Source: Lophium mytilinum
Lineage: Eukaryota
Direction: 5' to 3'
DNA length: 64,000 bases
Assembly: GCA_010093605.1 (NCBI GenBank)
Contig: MU004182.1
Location: forward strand, 62,001-126,000
In this document: in pieces, positions 12,701-23,594 of the stretch
How positions within the stretch are numbered: the first letter of the stretch is position 1
Layout: the number at the start of each line of letters is the position of its first letter
The notes under the pieces: model-generated
Databases searched by the model: none
What the model saw: the letters and a program-made list of their open reading frames with translations, nothing else
Told to the model about the DNA's origin: nothing
Translations under genes and position numbers: made by a program

Positions 12701-14657
12701 CAATGCTGCTCACGCTGCGCATTGGTTCTGGGCTTCGAGAGAGCTCTGAACTGCCAGCTCCCCGGATGACCACAGGTGCGAGTCTTTCCAAGAAGAAATC
12801 ATCCATCTCAGCGCTGGTGGTGCTGGTCATGCTGCTCTTACGGCTTGATGGTGTCCTGTTCAAGCTCTCCGTGGTTGTGCCAGCACTAGCGGTTCCGCCG
12901 ACGCTGTTAGCGCTCGCAGAGCTTCCACTGCGACCCCTGACATTGTATTTGCTGTAGCCTTCATGGCCAGTGCCAGCCATCGGACCCTTTCGCTGCAATT
13001 TCTTTTCCGACTTAGAGGATGTCGCGGTCGGATCTGTCTTAGTCCGTCGACCGAAGAAACCAAATCGCGACGTTTTGCTCGGGCTTGGGACGGGCGCAGG
13101 AGATGGCACCGTCTTTGCGCGCCTCTTTTCTGCGTCGCTCTGAGCATCCGGAGTTGTGCCTCGGGTTGGCACGCGAGACATTGGAGCAAAGCCGGAGGGA
13201 AGACTGGGATTAGGCGATGGGTTGCGCGAAGGCGGCTTCGAAGGAGCACCAAACCGAGCCTTGCCGTTAGAGAATGGAGGTGGAACGCCTGTTTTTGAGT
13301 CCGACGAGCTTGTACGCTTGTGAGGTGATGGGAAACTCGACATATTGCTCTGAATGATAGGCGAAGGTTCCCGTAATCCGACAATATCGGAGGTACCATC
13401 CCGGCTAGGTCTAGCTGGTCTCCGAGTCGATGGCCTTCGTAGCTGTGCTTGGTCTGCTAGATGGGCGAGTTCCGGTGGAATTTGGGTTTGCTTTGGGACT
13501 GTCGAAGGTCGTGGCGACAGCTGGAGCTCGAGAGACTTGCCAGGTTGAGAGACATCAGTCTGGGATACGGTGAAGTACATGGATGATATCTGAACAGGAG
13601 GGCTTGGGGGCGGTGCGTCCAGACGGTTGTTTTGGTTCCTCTCCCTTTCTTTCTGTCTTACAGAGTCCTGACGAACTGTCGACGATGACGACGTTGAGAT
13701 GGTCGATTCTCTGACGGACGAGAGACCATGTTGCTGGCGCAGGTTGGAGGAAGCTTCAGGTGTTCGCCGTGTGACAGGCGGCCTACTTTGCATAGGGCTA
13801 GCCTGCCTCATTCGTGTGGGCTTTGTCGTCATCACAACACCAGGTGAGTAGGAGGACATTGACGTCGGGGTCGATGTGACGCTGAAGGGTCCAGGGGATT
13901 CCGAGTACCGGGTTGAAGGGGTGGTGGAGAGAGCATAGGTAGGCGCTGGAGGTGGCAAATCGTCGGTGGCTAATTGATATGCCATGTTGTACCCATAGTC
14001 TGGCCTTTCGGGAGGAAACAGTTCCGGCTCAGCTCGAGCCAGGATTGAGGAGGTCGGCGGTAACGAGATTCCCAAGACTGTCTCCGAAAATGGATCCTTG
14101 TAACCACCCGGAATTGCCCTCCTTGCCTGTCCATCTTCTTGAGAGGACATGGAGTCCGATCTCGTGCGCGACGTTTGCCTTGCATTCCCAACTCCAATAG
14201 ACGATTGTTTCCGCCTCAGTATATTCGACCTCGGACTATCGATGGTTGACGCCGACGATCCAGAAACCAGGGAGGGCGTACGAGCAGCCGGGGCAGGCTC
14301 GAATCGAGGGAGGCGAGAAGACGAAGGTTGCGGGATAGAACGGGGTATTGACATGGCCGGAGGCCCATGTAGTATAGATGAGGTGGGCTTCGACGTGCCT
14401 CGGCGACTCCCATCCGTTACTAAAGATTTCGACGCGGCCATGCGCTGATTGTCTACCAGCCCGCCGCGTTGGTTCTGCTCATCTCTCGTGTATTTTTTCT
14501 TCTGTAGCTTTGACGGGTTCGGAGTGGGGATTTGTGACTGTGCGGAAGTAGGTGTGACAGAGCGCGAGGGTAGACGAGTGGACGGTGCGCGCTGGGCGTA
14601 CGGCGCCTGGAGGTCCGATCTCCTTGGAGGGTTGAATTGTGATTTATAGGATGCCAT
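9723..14657 (-). CDS. 1644-aa protein: long S/P/R-rich disordered region plus C-terminal SAM-methyltransferase-like domain
   Basis: Uninterrupted ORF. The C-terminus has LRFGALMTSKWLSFGRVLFSP, RVLVIDGLG, FPFPRGFF and ECKRVLRPGGYLE, typical of a conserved fungal Methyltransf_11-like family. Confidence 0.85.
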   Translation of the reverse strand: MASYKSQFNPPRRSDLQAPYAQRAPSTRLPSRSVTPTSAQSQIPTPNPSKLQKKKYTRDEQNQRGGLVDNQRMAASKSLVTDGSRRGTSKPTSSILHGPPAMSIPRSIPQPSSSRLPRFEPAPAARTPSLVSGSSASTIDSPRSNILRRKQSSIGVGNARQTSRTRSDSMSSQEDGQARRAIPGGYKDPFSETVLGISLPPTSSILARAEPELFPPERPDYGYNMAYQLATDDLPPPAPTYALSTTPSTRYSESPGPFSVTSTPTSMSSYSPGVVMTTKPTRMRQASPMQSRPPVTRRTPEASSNLRQQHGLSSVRESTISTSSSSTVRQDSVRQKERERNQNNRLDAPPPSPPVQISSMYFTVSQTDVSQPGKSLELQLSPRPSTVPKQTQIPPELAHLADQAQLRRPSTRRPARPSRDGTSDIVGLREPSPIIQSNMSSFPSPHKRTSSSDSKTGVPPPFSNGKARFGAPSKPPSRNPSPNPSLPSGFAPMSRVPTRGTTPDAQSDAEKRRAKTVPSPAPVPSPSKTSRFGFFGRRTKTDPTATSSKSEKKLQRKGPMAGTGHEGYSKYNVRGRSGSSASANSVGGTASAGTTTESLNRTPSSRKSSMTSTTSAEMDDFFLERLAPVVIRGAGSSELSRSPEPMRSVSSIETDRPSIEMRIGPNTQKPVSSTRNGVEASKPTLLPSAMSDPVRTGSPMKRPPMTSRRSSASDDESKRSFLPSLAARRTSRRSQFMEGGALAKVPSPVNTSDNKSMKGLDSAVSGKQSIASNKSRAGVDDVSEGKEGNWLKSKKAAPAAKPTRKWNFFQRAHAAPKADSPVVESAPVPRPTTSRSVAHYALMDPPNGMHLEDLEQIMQEADSTPEEQSTFEDQKPAQQSQQRPGKGHVESMLLPSPPAFPSEFARPTRPASPQVTLRREQHAEHHASPNNNFFNHIPNLPISPPQEQLPEREIPRPLSPPETLVPPKCFAPQAYSPPAPPPSFPPPRPSRLAQVGRIPQVVSRRDRDRKPPSVSFSRPFVPDQPHPSIPVRTSIDSTNSVLATSGPIESFPVLQGLNALNHGSAIAGISPDRHDSNVSEFFKFPPRKDSELSYSSSSGIWSFPPTTGTAVIPDPTAPLSEDELWNEYDDLIDQVLSPTDSKKATSYQSNGLAANEGRSNRQPPPGPLTLSTKPKRTHGTSNSGGSSTGPATTSLHLRRSRLLAVLHSAQTPTTPLSMSEFFAGYGERNLSVIDPVTGRLSLSSARMSSGSGPQNRPSSTRSSLPASLSLSARQSKATLASTSDKSRNSNSSAVNRYRDTRLIEMAEAQNDGLVSMANLRFGALMTSKWLSFGRVLFSPAHFELKDPAEDRVLVIDGLGKDWSYYCALTYPEATVYNLGPGVSSTNANTSTGEPWSTLPNHRHIAHPSLVHPFPFPRGFFATVVLRFPAALPSSVHRSIVSECKRVLRPGGYLEISVLDLDLVNMGNRARRAVRGLKVRLQATEENISLRNVSDEVMGLLGRRGFSGVTRCFVGVPVAGHLPTANATLNSDGSTSTATDSDKTAAQKLSFSDLLNSPSPSDPAKASSVDDGIAEMVARVGRWWYSRCYEAAVLPTDAEPAKALESSIWTDEALIRECEKRGTSFRLLIGYAQKPVVGVRRTVSV

Positions 14658-16794
14658 GTCGAGGAACCGCGGCGTGCGACCCTGCTGGGAACCACGGGAA
14701 GCGGCTGACTGGGTCCTGTACTACAACTTCTCGTGCGCGCCAAGTTCTTCATGAAGGCATATGGTCAAATGTAGTACTACCCGTTCCAACGCATGTCAGC
14801 TCGAGCAACCACCAAAAAGCAACAGGTCGCGGGCAGAACGTACCCAGACGCGGTCAGCAATGGTCAGCCAAGGCAGAATGCGTAAGCCTTCTGGAGGACG
14901 AGGTCCCAAGGTCGTGGGGTTATGAGGCGTTCGGGGGTGGCGACTCCGGCAGGCGGGACGAGGCAGTAATATAAACGGCTGCATGGTCTGTTAGTTGGGC
15001 GGGCCGAGTACTTGGAGTGGAGGCTTTTGGGAAGACGTGCCTGTCGTGCGAAAGTTGCGCCACTGGCTCGGATGCGCCGAGAGCGAATCGGCGGGGCAGT
15101 GTGGCTCAGCGGCGACTGGTCCCTGCGGGTTTCTGAGACGCCTGCAGACGTTTGACAACGCAGAGCAGAGGCCAAAAAAGAGCAGGAAACAATGAGGCTA
15201 TGAAAAATAGCGGACACTTAGTTTAAAGGTCTCGTTCAGCGGGGGGTGGCGTGGGGTCGTAGAAAGTCGAGGCGCAGACTGAAGCCGCGAGTTGCCGTAT
15301 GGGGACGATGCAGTGAGCACTGAGCAGCCGGGCTCTTCGAGAATTAGGGGGCCTAGGGAATGGTTGGACAGTATTGCTGATGAGGCTCCTGGTGCTGACT
15401 TCTTCGGAAGGTGTGGAGAAGGGCACGCAACTCGATATGTATACAGGCCTGACCCAGCCGCGCGACCGCGATGCGTAAGAAGCGATCAACGCGCCGTCCG
15501 GGACGCCAGAGCTGCCAGGAGCTGGGCCGCATCGCCAGGAGGCTTCCGCCATAACGGCGCTTGCGCCCGAGTGGGCCGCGCTGGGGGCTGCGAGGGAAAA
15601 GCACAGAAGCCGGCAGCACGACGCTGAAGGGACCCCAGGACCACTCGCGGGCGGGCGTTGGGCGGGCCCAAGGCGATTCGCAGACACCAGCCCAGTGGAG
15701 CCGGCGAGAGCAGTCCATGCACGAGGGCGCTCCCGTTATTCGTGGAGGGCTGCAGGTGGGATGCAGGAGGGCATGATCAGACGAGAGCCCCGTTGGCTGT
15801 CGCCGCGTCGTCTCGCCATGGCCCTGCCTATTGCGCGCAGCAAATTCATGCTCGTCTTCTGATGATCGACCCCAGAGGAACCTCGCAGCTGCGCTCTAGA
15901 CGGATTTCAGAGACGAATCGCACGGCCGTAGGAGGAAATTCGCCACGTAAATCGGTGTGATGAGGCTTGAGCTACTGCAGGCCCCTAGTTAGCTCGGTAT
16001 TCACAAATTTTCACAAAATGCCCACTAGTAGGGGGCCCCCTAGTTAGCGGCATACCTAGCGTAAGGCCTGCATGCCCGGAGACCTTAGATAAGGTCTCTA
16101 ATTAAGGCAGCTCGTGCAGGCCGTATATAGTAAGGCGCCGCCAAGATAAGGCTACTGGCCCGTTCTATCTTATTATAGCCCTAACAATCTATAGATCCTT
16201 CTAAGAATCCTTAACTTCCTTATATTATAATCGCCTGCACTATAATTAAGGCCTAAGGCTATATATAAGGCTGTAAAGGAGGCCTAAGGCTATATAGAAG
16301 GTTAAATATATAATAAGATTTATATTTTTAATGCTATTTTTAATAAAAACGGCCGGCCGATAATATAGAGAGAGGAGAGGAAGTAGAAGGCGTAGAAATA
16401 TTATAGAAAGCCCTTAACTAAATATTTAAGAGGAGGAAGATCTATACGCTATTTTATTAGTAGTAGAATTACCCTATTATAATCTATTATTAGCTTCTAC
16501 CTTAAATTCTTATAATCTCTATATAAACCTTAATTTTTATTATATTATAATATCCTCTCGCCAGCCTAATATTTCCTCTCTTCTTAATGCCGCGCCTGGA
16601 GTTCCGCAGCTGTATAGAGTTCCGTAGCTATACGCAGTTCTATAATATGCGCTGCTACCCTTCTATCTAATTATTTCTTGCCCTAAGCCTTTAGTAATAC
16701 CTCTATAGCCTCTATAGGCTCCTCTATAGGCCCTAGGGCCTTACCGCGCGCTCTATAAGATTAACGCGAATAAATAGCCGGAGCTTATTAAGCT

Positions 16795-17611
16795 GGATAA
16801 TAATATAGATAATATTCTGTAGACTTAAGAGTACTCTAAGGTAGAGGATAAGAACGCCTTAATAGTCCTTCTACCCTTCTATAACGTTATTTCTCTAGAG
16901 ATATATAAGTAATTAAGGCCGGCTAAGCAGCTCTACTTTATTAAGCTGCTAAACTAGTACTGCTACTAGGCCTATAAGCGTTAGCTTAAGGCGTATATAG
17001 AGAGGATAGTAGTAATAATAAATAAGCTTATAGGCTGTATGGAGCGCGGCTATAACTTCTATAATAAATATAATTAGTTAAAGAATAAAATTAATAAGAG
17101 AATTACTATCTAAAAGGGTAAAAGAGAGAAGACTAGAATAGTATAGAGAGATAATAAGTACCTATAGCAGCTTAACGTCTTTATTATAAAGGCGGCGGAT
17201 ATAAATAAGGTAATTAAAAAGAAGCTTTAAGGCCTACCTAAGGTATAAACCTATAATAGCTAGCAGTAGGCTGTTATTATTAATCTTACGCGCTTAATTA
17301 GTATAAAGAGAGGAATTAATAATATTAATGCACTAGAGGAGGCGCCGCGGCCTTAGCGGAGGCCTAGTAGAGGATCTTTACGCCGCGGAGGGTTTACGGC
17401 TGTATACCGCATGCATTAAGAGGTTAAGGAGCGTTAAATTGCTTATATAGATAAGAGAGAGAGGCGCCGTGCGGCTAAGGCTAAGGCTTAAATTAAGAGG
17501 ATAATGGCGGGATAGAGAGAGTTATTTAAGGCCTTTACACGGGGCCTAGTAATTTCTATCTAGGCTATAATAGATTCTACTTAAATAGTAAGTAACTATA
17601 AGAAGCTGTAG
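16795..17611 (+). pseudogene. RIP-mutated second ORF of the Harbinger element (putative Myb/SANT-like partner)
   Basis: One continuous charged, helical-looking frame whose stops are all TAA/TAG revertible to CAA/CAG/TGG. Partner identity is inferred from Harbinger two-ORF architecture, not from a clear motif. The 5' end is uncertain. Confidence 0.5.
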
Positions 17612-18283
17612 GCGTCCTACTATACTACTAATTAACTATACTATAAGAGGGTAATTACTAATATAGAAAAAATATAGAGAGACTCTAAGCGGCCGTCTTG
17701 CGTTTAAACTAAGGCAACTAAGGGCGCTAAGTATAGTAGGACTCTTGGCGAGGTTGCTGGTAATATAGAACGTGCAATTAATAATAATAGAGAAAGAAAG
17801 AAGAGTGTTATTAATAGAGGAGAGAATAAGAGGGCGTTATTAGCGGAGGAATATAGCCCTATAAAGGTGGCTAGCCTAGCTAGCCTTAATTTAGGGCCTA
17901 ATACCTCTAGAGACTTATATTTTTTTAGTTCCGCTTTTTATAACTAATGTATTTTAGACGCTATTACTTATAGGTGGAAAGTAAGTAGTGTAAATTATAG
18001 CGGCGACTATTAGCTATATTTTCTAGTTATTTTTAAATAAATTAATAGACTTTTAGTGTTAGTTTTATATATATAAAGTAGGTAGATGTAAAATTAATAT
18101 TATCTATAGAGTTTTAATTTTCCTCGCTTATTTTGCGAACTAACGGGAGCTAACCTAAATAAACGCGTCTAATTAGCCAATTTCTTGCGTAATAGGCAGC
18201 AGTAACGTTAGTTTACACGCTAGTAATAAAATAGAAAGGCTGTATAAAATAGAAAGGCTATATAAGTATAGTAATACTATAAT

Positions 18284-19545
18284 TTAGCCTACTATAACCT
18301 TAATTCTATACTCCTATACGCCCTTCTTAACGCCTAGGTACTTCTTAATATTAGGCGTGCCTATATTATACACGTCCGCCATCTAATTACCCCGGAAATA
18401 GCTTAAATAATTTGTTAGTAGCACGGTAATAATATAATAGCTTCCTACGGGCAATAATTCTATTCTTATTACTAACCTAAATAAACTAAAACTCTAGTAT
18501 TTTAATACTAAACTAAAGCCGTGCTTAATAGCTATATATAGGCTTACCATCTCTCTATTATACTAATATTAATTAGGGCGCCAAGCTATATATTTCTCTA
18601 GCCTCCCTTTAAAGGTACTAATTATGCCCTATCTATTAATATATGCGGAATTGCTATAAAGATACTAAACTTTCTCTAGTAGAAGGTTACTATATAGCTC
18701 TACTAGCTTTATAGATAGCCCGGACTCCTCTATTATTATAAAGTCGCTAGTACTACCTAGAAATAGCCTAGTAAGAGACTAGATTATACTGTTAGAAGTA
18801 ATAATAGACTAGAACTTAAGGTAGCAGTACTTTTTATACCCGGAGTATATTATCCGCTAGATCCGGGGGTTCTTTAGCTATATAATTAGGCGAGTAGTTC
18901 TATCTATATAGCCCTAGACTTTACTAATACCTAGATAAGGTTCTATAGCTATTATATACTTCTCTAGCTTCTTGCGTATAAGCTACCGCCTATTCTAGTA
19001 TAGCCGCTACTACTACTAATCTATAAGAAAGATAATAGTGTTTCTAAATATAGTATAAAGCTATAAGCGGCTATATCTAAATACTACTAGTATGTTACTA
19101 AAGCGGCGTGGTGTTAAGAGGCGCTAAAGAAGTACGTAGAGTGAGAGAATTAGATAAGAATAACGCCCGTAAGTATACTTAATCTTATTAAGCTAGAGAA
19201 GCACGGCTAACTATTTAATTTCCTTATAGTTAAAGCGCATCTTAAAGCGCGCGCGCTTATTAGTAAGCTTATTATTAAACTAGCGCATAAAGTTAACCTA
19301 ATTATACAGCAGTAAATTACGTAGTTAAGAAATAAAGCTATCTAGAACCTTATTAACTTCCTCTTTAGCCTCTATCTTATCTATCTTAGCGGCCTTATTA
19401 TTAGTAAGGGTATATTCTTCCTTATCTAATAGCTCCGTAAGCTTACTAACGTTAATAGTAGCGGCCGCGGTAGCTGTAATACTACCTAGAAGGGCTATAA
19501 GGGTAGTAATACAAGAATTATAATAATTTTCTATATTTTAATATG
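18284..19545 (-). pseudogene. RIP-mutated PIF/Harbinger DDE transposase (DDE_Tnp_4)
   Basis: Minus frame reads V*GYIDRT (VWGYIDGT; DRT at 18896-18904), YSGYKK..LKF*SIITSNSII (YSGHK..LKFQ..TPDGII), ESGL, YLYSNSAY (YLYGDSAY, 18641-18664), NREM..IAIKHGFS (IEHGFG, 18512-18529) and LLTN..S.FRGN*. Confidence 0.85.
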
Positions 19546-22421
19546 TTTAAATAATTAAAATTAAATAAGATACAGGTGCTAATAGCTAGCAGACAAAATC
19601 CTTACCTTATTATACTAAAACAACGTCTAATCTATATTGTTAGAGGCTCTGCGCTAATCGCCTGTAACCTTATAATCTATAACACCAAGCCGGGCAGCCT
19701 AAGCCGTATACGGAGGCCTTAAACGGGTGGAAATTGAAATCCGATTTTTATGAAAATCACGCGTCAATGGCGGCCAGGGTAGCCCCCTGTGCTAATTTGT
19801 TAGTGTCACCACCAAAATCGGCACACCTCTTACCCCTCCGAGCCTAGCTGACCGCCGTGCAGATACTAGCGTAATTCCGTTGAAATCCGTCTTCTCCCGC
19901 CGCCAGTTCCGATAGATCTGCTGGGGCTGCCTCTCGACAGCTGACGTTGCGAACAGACGAGTCAACACCAACGAAAGCTCTCACCGCAAGACACACCGCT
20001 GCTGAAAGAGCGCCTTTGCTTCTACCGGCTGGCGCAAGCTAAATCGAGCAGTGAGGACGATGAAAAGGACCTAGCGACCAACATCAGACCGCATCCTTCC
20101 GAGCTGGGTCCGAAACCAGACCATGGACATGATAGGCTGTATGCGCCTCTCTCCAAACGGCAGCAGGTGGTGTTGACGCCTCACTGTGCGGCCGTACTCG
20201 GCCTGGAGAAGCAAAAGACGCGCAAGTGCAGTCCAATCCTGCCATGGACAACGGCCTGCCTTGAATCGCCGCACTCGCATGCACGACAAGACCCAGTGAC
20301 CGCTCCTCTGCAGTGCTATTCTGAGACCCTCGTGATCGGTGCTCGTGCGAGAACCGTCATGGAATCTTGGTACGCGAAGGAGCCACAGCCGTCGAACCGG
20401 AACGGCCGTCCCAGGGAAGCTGAGAAGTGGCTAGGTGCGTCCCTAGCTGCATACAAGTGAGGCTGTGCTAGGATCGCCAACGCCACTCTGCCAGCGCATC
20501 AAAACTGACGCTGTAGCCTGCGCGGCCTCCGAGAGCTTTGGTTTCGAGAATAGAAAGCGAAAGATGTTGGGTGTGAAGCAGTTCCAACATGCTCAACGCT
20601 CGCGGCCCACCTCGCGGGGGGAAGAGGGACTTTTCCCAGCACCCAGGAGTGTCTCAAGCCACCACCACAGCTAATCCCTGTCTTGGCGCCTTGATTGGCT
20701 CCGATCAGTGTGCGAGCACTGGCCCTGGTCGCATGGTGTTTAGATCATGTGACTGTTCTATGCTCGAGATGGTGTGGTCATTTCTCGAAGTGGTGTGCTG
20801 AAATAAATTGCTGTCCAATCAGCTGCTGAAGATGCACTTTGACGATTTTACTCGCTCACGCGGAAACAAGGGACGGTTCGACTTCCCATCCGTCCGCCTC
20901 ATATCCGTCCGCTTCTCGCAAGGTTTGACCCTCGAGTCTCCTGAGACATCTTTCTCTCCGTTCAACGGCGGCGGTGGGCCCCGGGGCAGACGGGGAGACC
21001 TGCCTCGAATTCTGACTCGTCGCAATCGCAACTGCGGCGCCTATCGACACGGACAGACATTGAATCATCTAACATGTATTCCGCTCTCTGGCAACCATTC
21101 TAGCCACCTCTGACTTCGATGCCCGCTATCGGCATGTCGTGATATCAGGTGACGCTCCAATTTCTTTCATCCGGTGATTCGAGGTAGGCGAGTCCCTACA
21201 AGTCCAGCTTGGTTTTTGTTTTGGACTTGGATAGTCAGAATTGTTTCTTCTATCCTAGTGAGTGGTTGTACTACTTCCTTGATCATAGGATGAATGTTTG
21301 TGCTCGGCGAGGATTCATCGGCCTCGATTATGGAGTGGATGATGACTCGTGCTTGTGCCGTGCCGCAAGCCCTTGGACCGATCTTGAAGGGCCTAGCACC
21401 AAGGTTCGAGACCATGAAGCCGAGCTAAGGGCTTAGAGTTTGACGGGAAGTTCGGCTCGCCTTGCAGCCTTGCGGGTGGGGAGAAAAGCATGACGGCACG
21501 GCACGGGTTGCTCCCTCTGTGGCTGCGAATCATCACGAAGAATGCTCCGAAATGAAGTGCGGGAGTGCTCAGGCCCTCCGTGGGTGCCGTGCGGGCCGTA
21601 ACTCGACCAGGTCGCGAAATGAAACATGATGAATTGAGGAGATTGGCTATATACACACGGCTGTGACGCTGAGATGAGATGGTGTTGAGGCCCGTGAGGA
21701 CATGATCAAAGCTCGGATCGAAGGATCGCTGCTGCTTGCACTCGTCATCCACATCTCGAGTATCTGTAAACATCTGTCGGGGGGAAGTCCGCTTCCGGAA
21801 AGCTTTGCATGATGAATGTGATGAGCGCTTAGAGAGATGCGCAAATGTGACCGAGACCGTGCCGGCACATAGTGAAACGGATACCGTTGAAGATAGCCTG
21901 AATCTTTGTTAGTCACAGAAACAAATGGGCTGACGGGTTGAGCGAGACGATCAAAGCAGTCCCTACATGCTCGATGATGTTTCTGCTAGGATGTGATACC
22001 CAGGTGTGAGGTTGAAGTAAGGTGGTCGGAGAATACGCTAACCTGTTTTGGCGACTAGCGGCTCCACTCAAACACACCTCCAACAGACGACGCAACGTCC
22101 TGTCACAACTCCCATCATCACTCCCGATCTTTTGAAAGACTAGCACTCCATGGAATACTGCTAGGAAGAGTGCCTGAATACAAAGTCGCCGAACATCAAC
22201 TTTACCACCTGTGCAACCGTCAAGAACGCACGTGTGCAAGCTCCCATCAATCCACGGCCGTGATATTGCGCACCACTCATCTCTCTTGCGCAGTTTAGAC
22301 CAAACCACAACGACCGTAGACCCAATATCACCACGTTAAACACAAGAAACGAGGAGCAGCCCCATACTACCTCCCCAGCTTCGCCCACCGAAAACCCTAC
22401 AGGAAGCTAGCAACACCCACA

Positions 22422-22940
22422 ATGTCTTCTCCAACCTCAACCTCTGGCGCCGCCATCCCGCACCCTGTCCCCCTCGTCTATCGCCTCTTCCACCTCTACC
22501 TGGAGCCCTTTTCCGCCATCGTCGGTGCCGCGCAATCCCTCTTCACGACTCCCACCTACCTCTCCATTATCACCCAGCCCAATGTCTACGTGTCCGGCGC
22601 TCCCCTCACTTCTCTCAACCACCTCCTCCTTGCGCAAGTGGCGTCGCTGTACGTCCTCCTCGGTGTGTTTGAGCTGACCGTACTGCGCCCGTCAAGGGAC
22701 CTGAAAATCTGGAGAGGTGCGATTGTGGCAATCTCGTGCTCAGATGTAGGCCATCTTTACGCGGCGTGGGTGGGCCAGGGTGGCTTGGAGGGCACGAGCG
22801 GTGCGTTCTGGGACCCGAGGCTTTGGAGGGGTGAGGAGTGGATCAATCTGGGTCTGACGTGGTTCGGCTTTTTCTTGAGGTTGGCATTTCTGGCCGGAGT
22901 GGGTATGGGTGGGGTAAAGGGCGCGAGAAAGCGTGAGTGA
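22422..22940 (+). CDS. Small 4-TM fungal membrane protein of unknown function
   Basis: 172-aa intronless ORF with coding-like codon bias, four hydrophobic segments and YRLFHLYLEP / SDVGHL motifs. Confidence 0.75.
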   Translation: MSSPTSTSGAAIPHPVPLVYRLFHLYLEPFSAIVGAAQSLFTTPTYLSIITQPNVYVSGAPLTSLNHLLLAQVASLYVLLGVFELTVLRPSRDLKIWRGAIVAISCSDVGHLYAAWVGQGGLEGTSGAFWDPRLWRGEEWINLGLTWFGFFLRLAFLAGVGMGGVKGARKRE

Positions 22941-23594
22941 TGCTTCGTCCGTCGAGAAAGGACACAATCACCGATTCTATTATGTTGTGTTGGTCTCGCT
23001 GTGGTACAAGTGAGCGGTGGTTTCTCTTTTTCCAGATGCTCCCAAGGTGGTATGCGCAGATGGACATTTGGCCTTCAGGGCTATCGGGGAAGAGGTAGCA
23101 CCTAGGTAAAACTGACATTGGGGGCCAAACAGGGAATCAAGGCCAGCTGAATTACCCAGATATTCCAGCATCCTAAGATATGGTATAGCAACAAGGTTCT
23201 AATTTCATCCTTCCTCTACCACCCAGTCTCATAATTCTTGCAAAGTTCAACGAAAAAAATGTCGATTACCACCCGTTCGCTGAAGAGTTCAAGTGACTTC
23301 AATTACCTTCCAAGCATGGCTCCGCGGTGTTCGCCTTTAGGGCCCCCAGCCCCTCTCGAAGGATCGGTCGATCCTCGCCACTCTAGCCAATTGATGCATG
23401 GTAAGCGCCTCCGACACATCAGCACATGCGAAGCATGCTACACATGATGTCATGGGGCTGCTCAACCTCATATAGCCAGGCAGAAACACATTTTGGGTTT
23501 CGGCCCCCATGGAGGTGAGAAGAACAGTTGGAATTTATATACTGCGCAGTGGGATATTTACACATTTCCGACTTCCATCGTGAAGACACTCACC

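Larger units (their letters stand above)
16000..19790. mobile_element. RIP-inactivated PIF/Harbinger DNA transposon (two convergent ORF relics)
   Basis: Sharp AT-rich, TpA-rich island with no ORF in the track. It contains a de-RIP-readable DDE_Tnp_4 transposase on the minus strand and a second ORF relic on the plus strand. Boundaries are approximate. Confidence 0.85.

Noticed and set aside
9818..14649. Many short overlapping or antisense ORFs
   Set aside because: Shadows of the GC-rich 1644-aa gene with no independent motifs.
14800..15960. GC-rich ORFs upstream of the 1644-aa gene
   Set aside because: Low-complexity R/A/P translations on both strands; more likely 5' UTR or promoter.
16022..16070. 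CACTAG and GGGGGC/TAAGGCCT as terminal inverted repeats paired with 19714-19790
   Set aside because: Matches are only 7-8 bp and the flanks give no identical target-site duplication, so the termini cannot be fixed from one RIP-mutated copy.
20071..22388. Numerous 60-130 aa ORFs
   Set aside because: No recognisable motifs, splice structure or codon bias.
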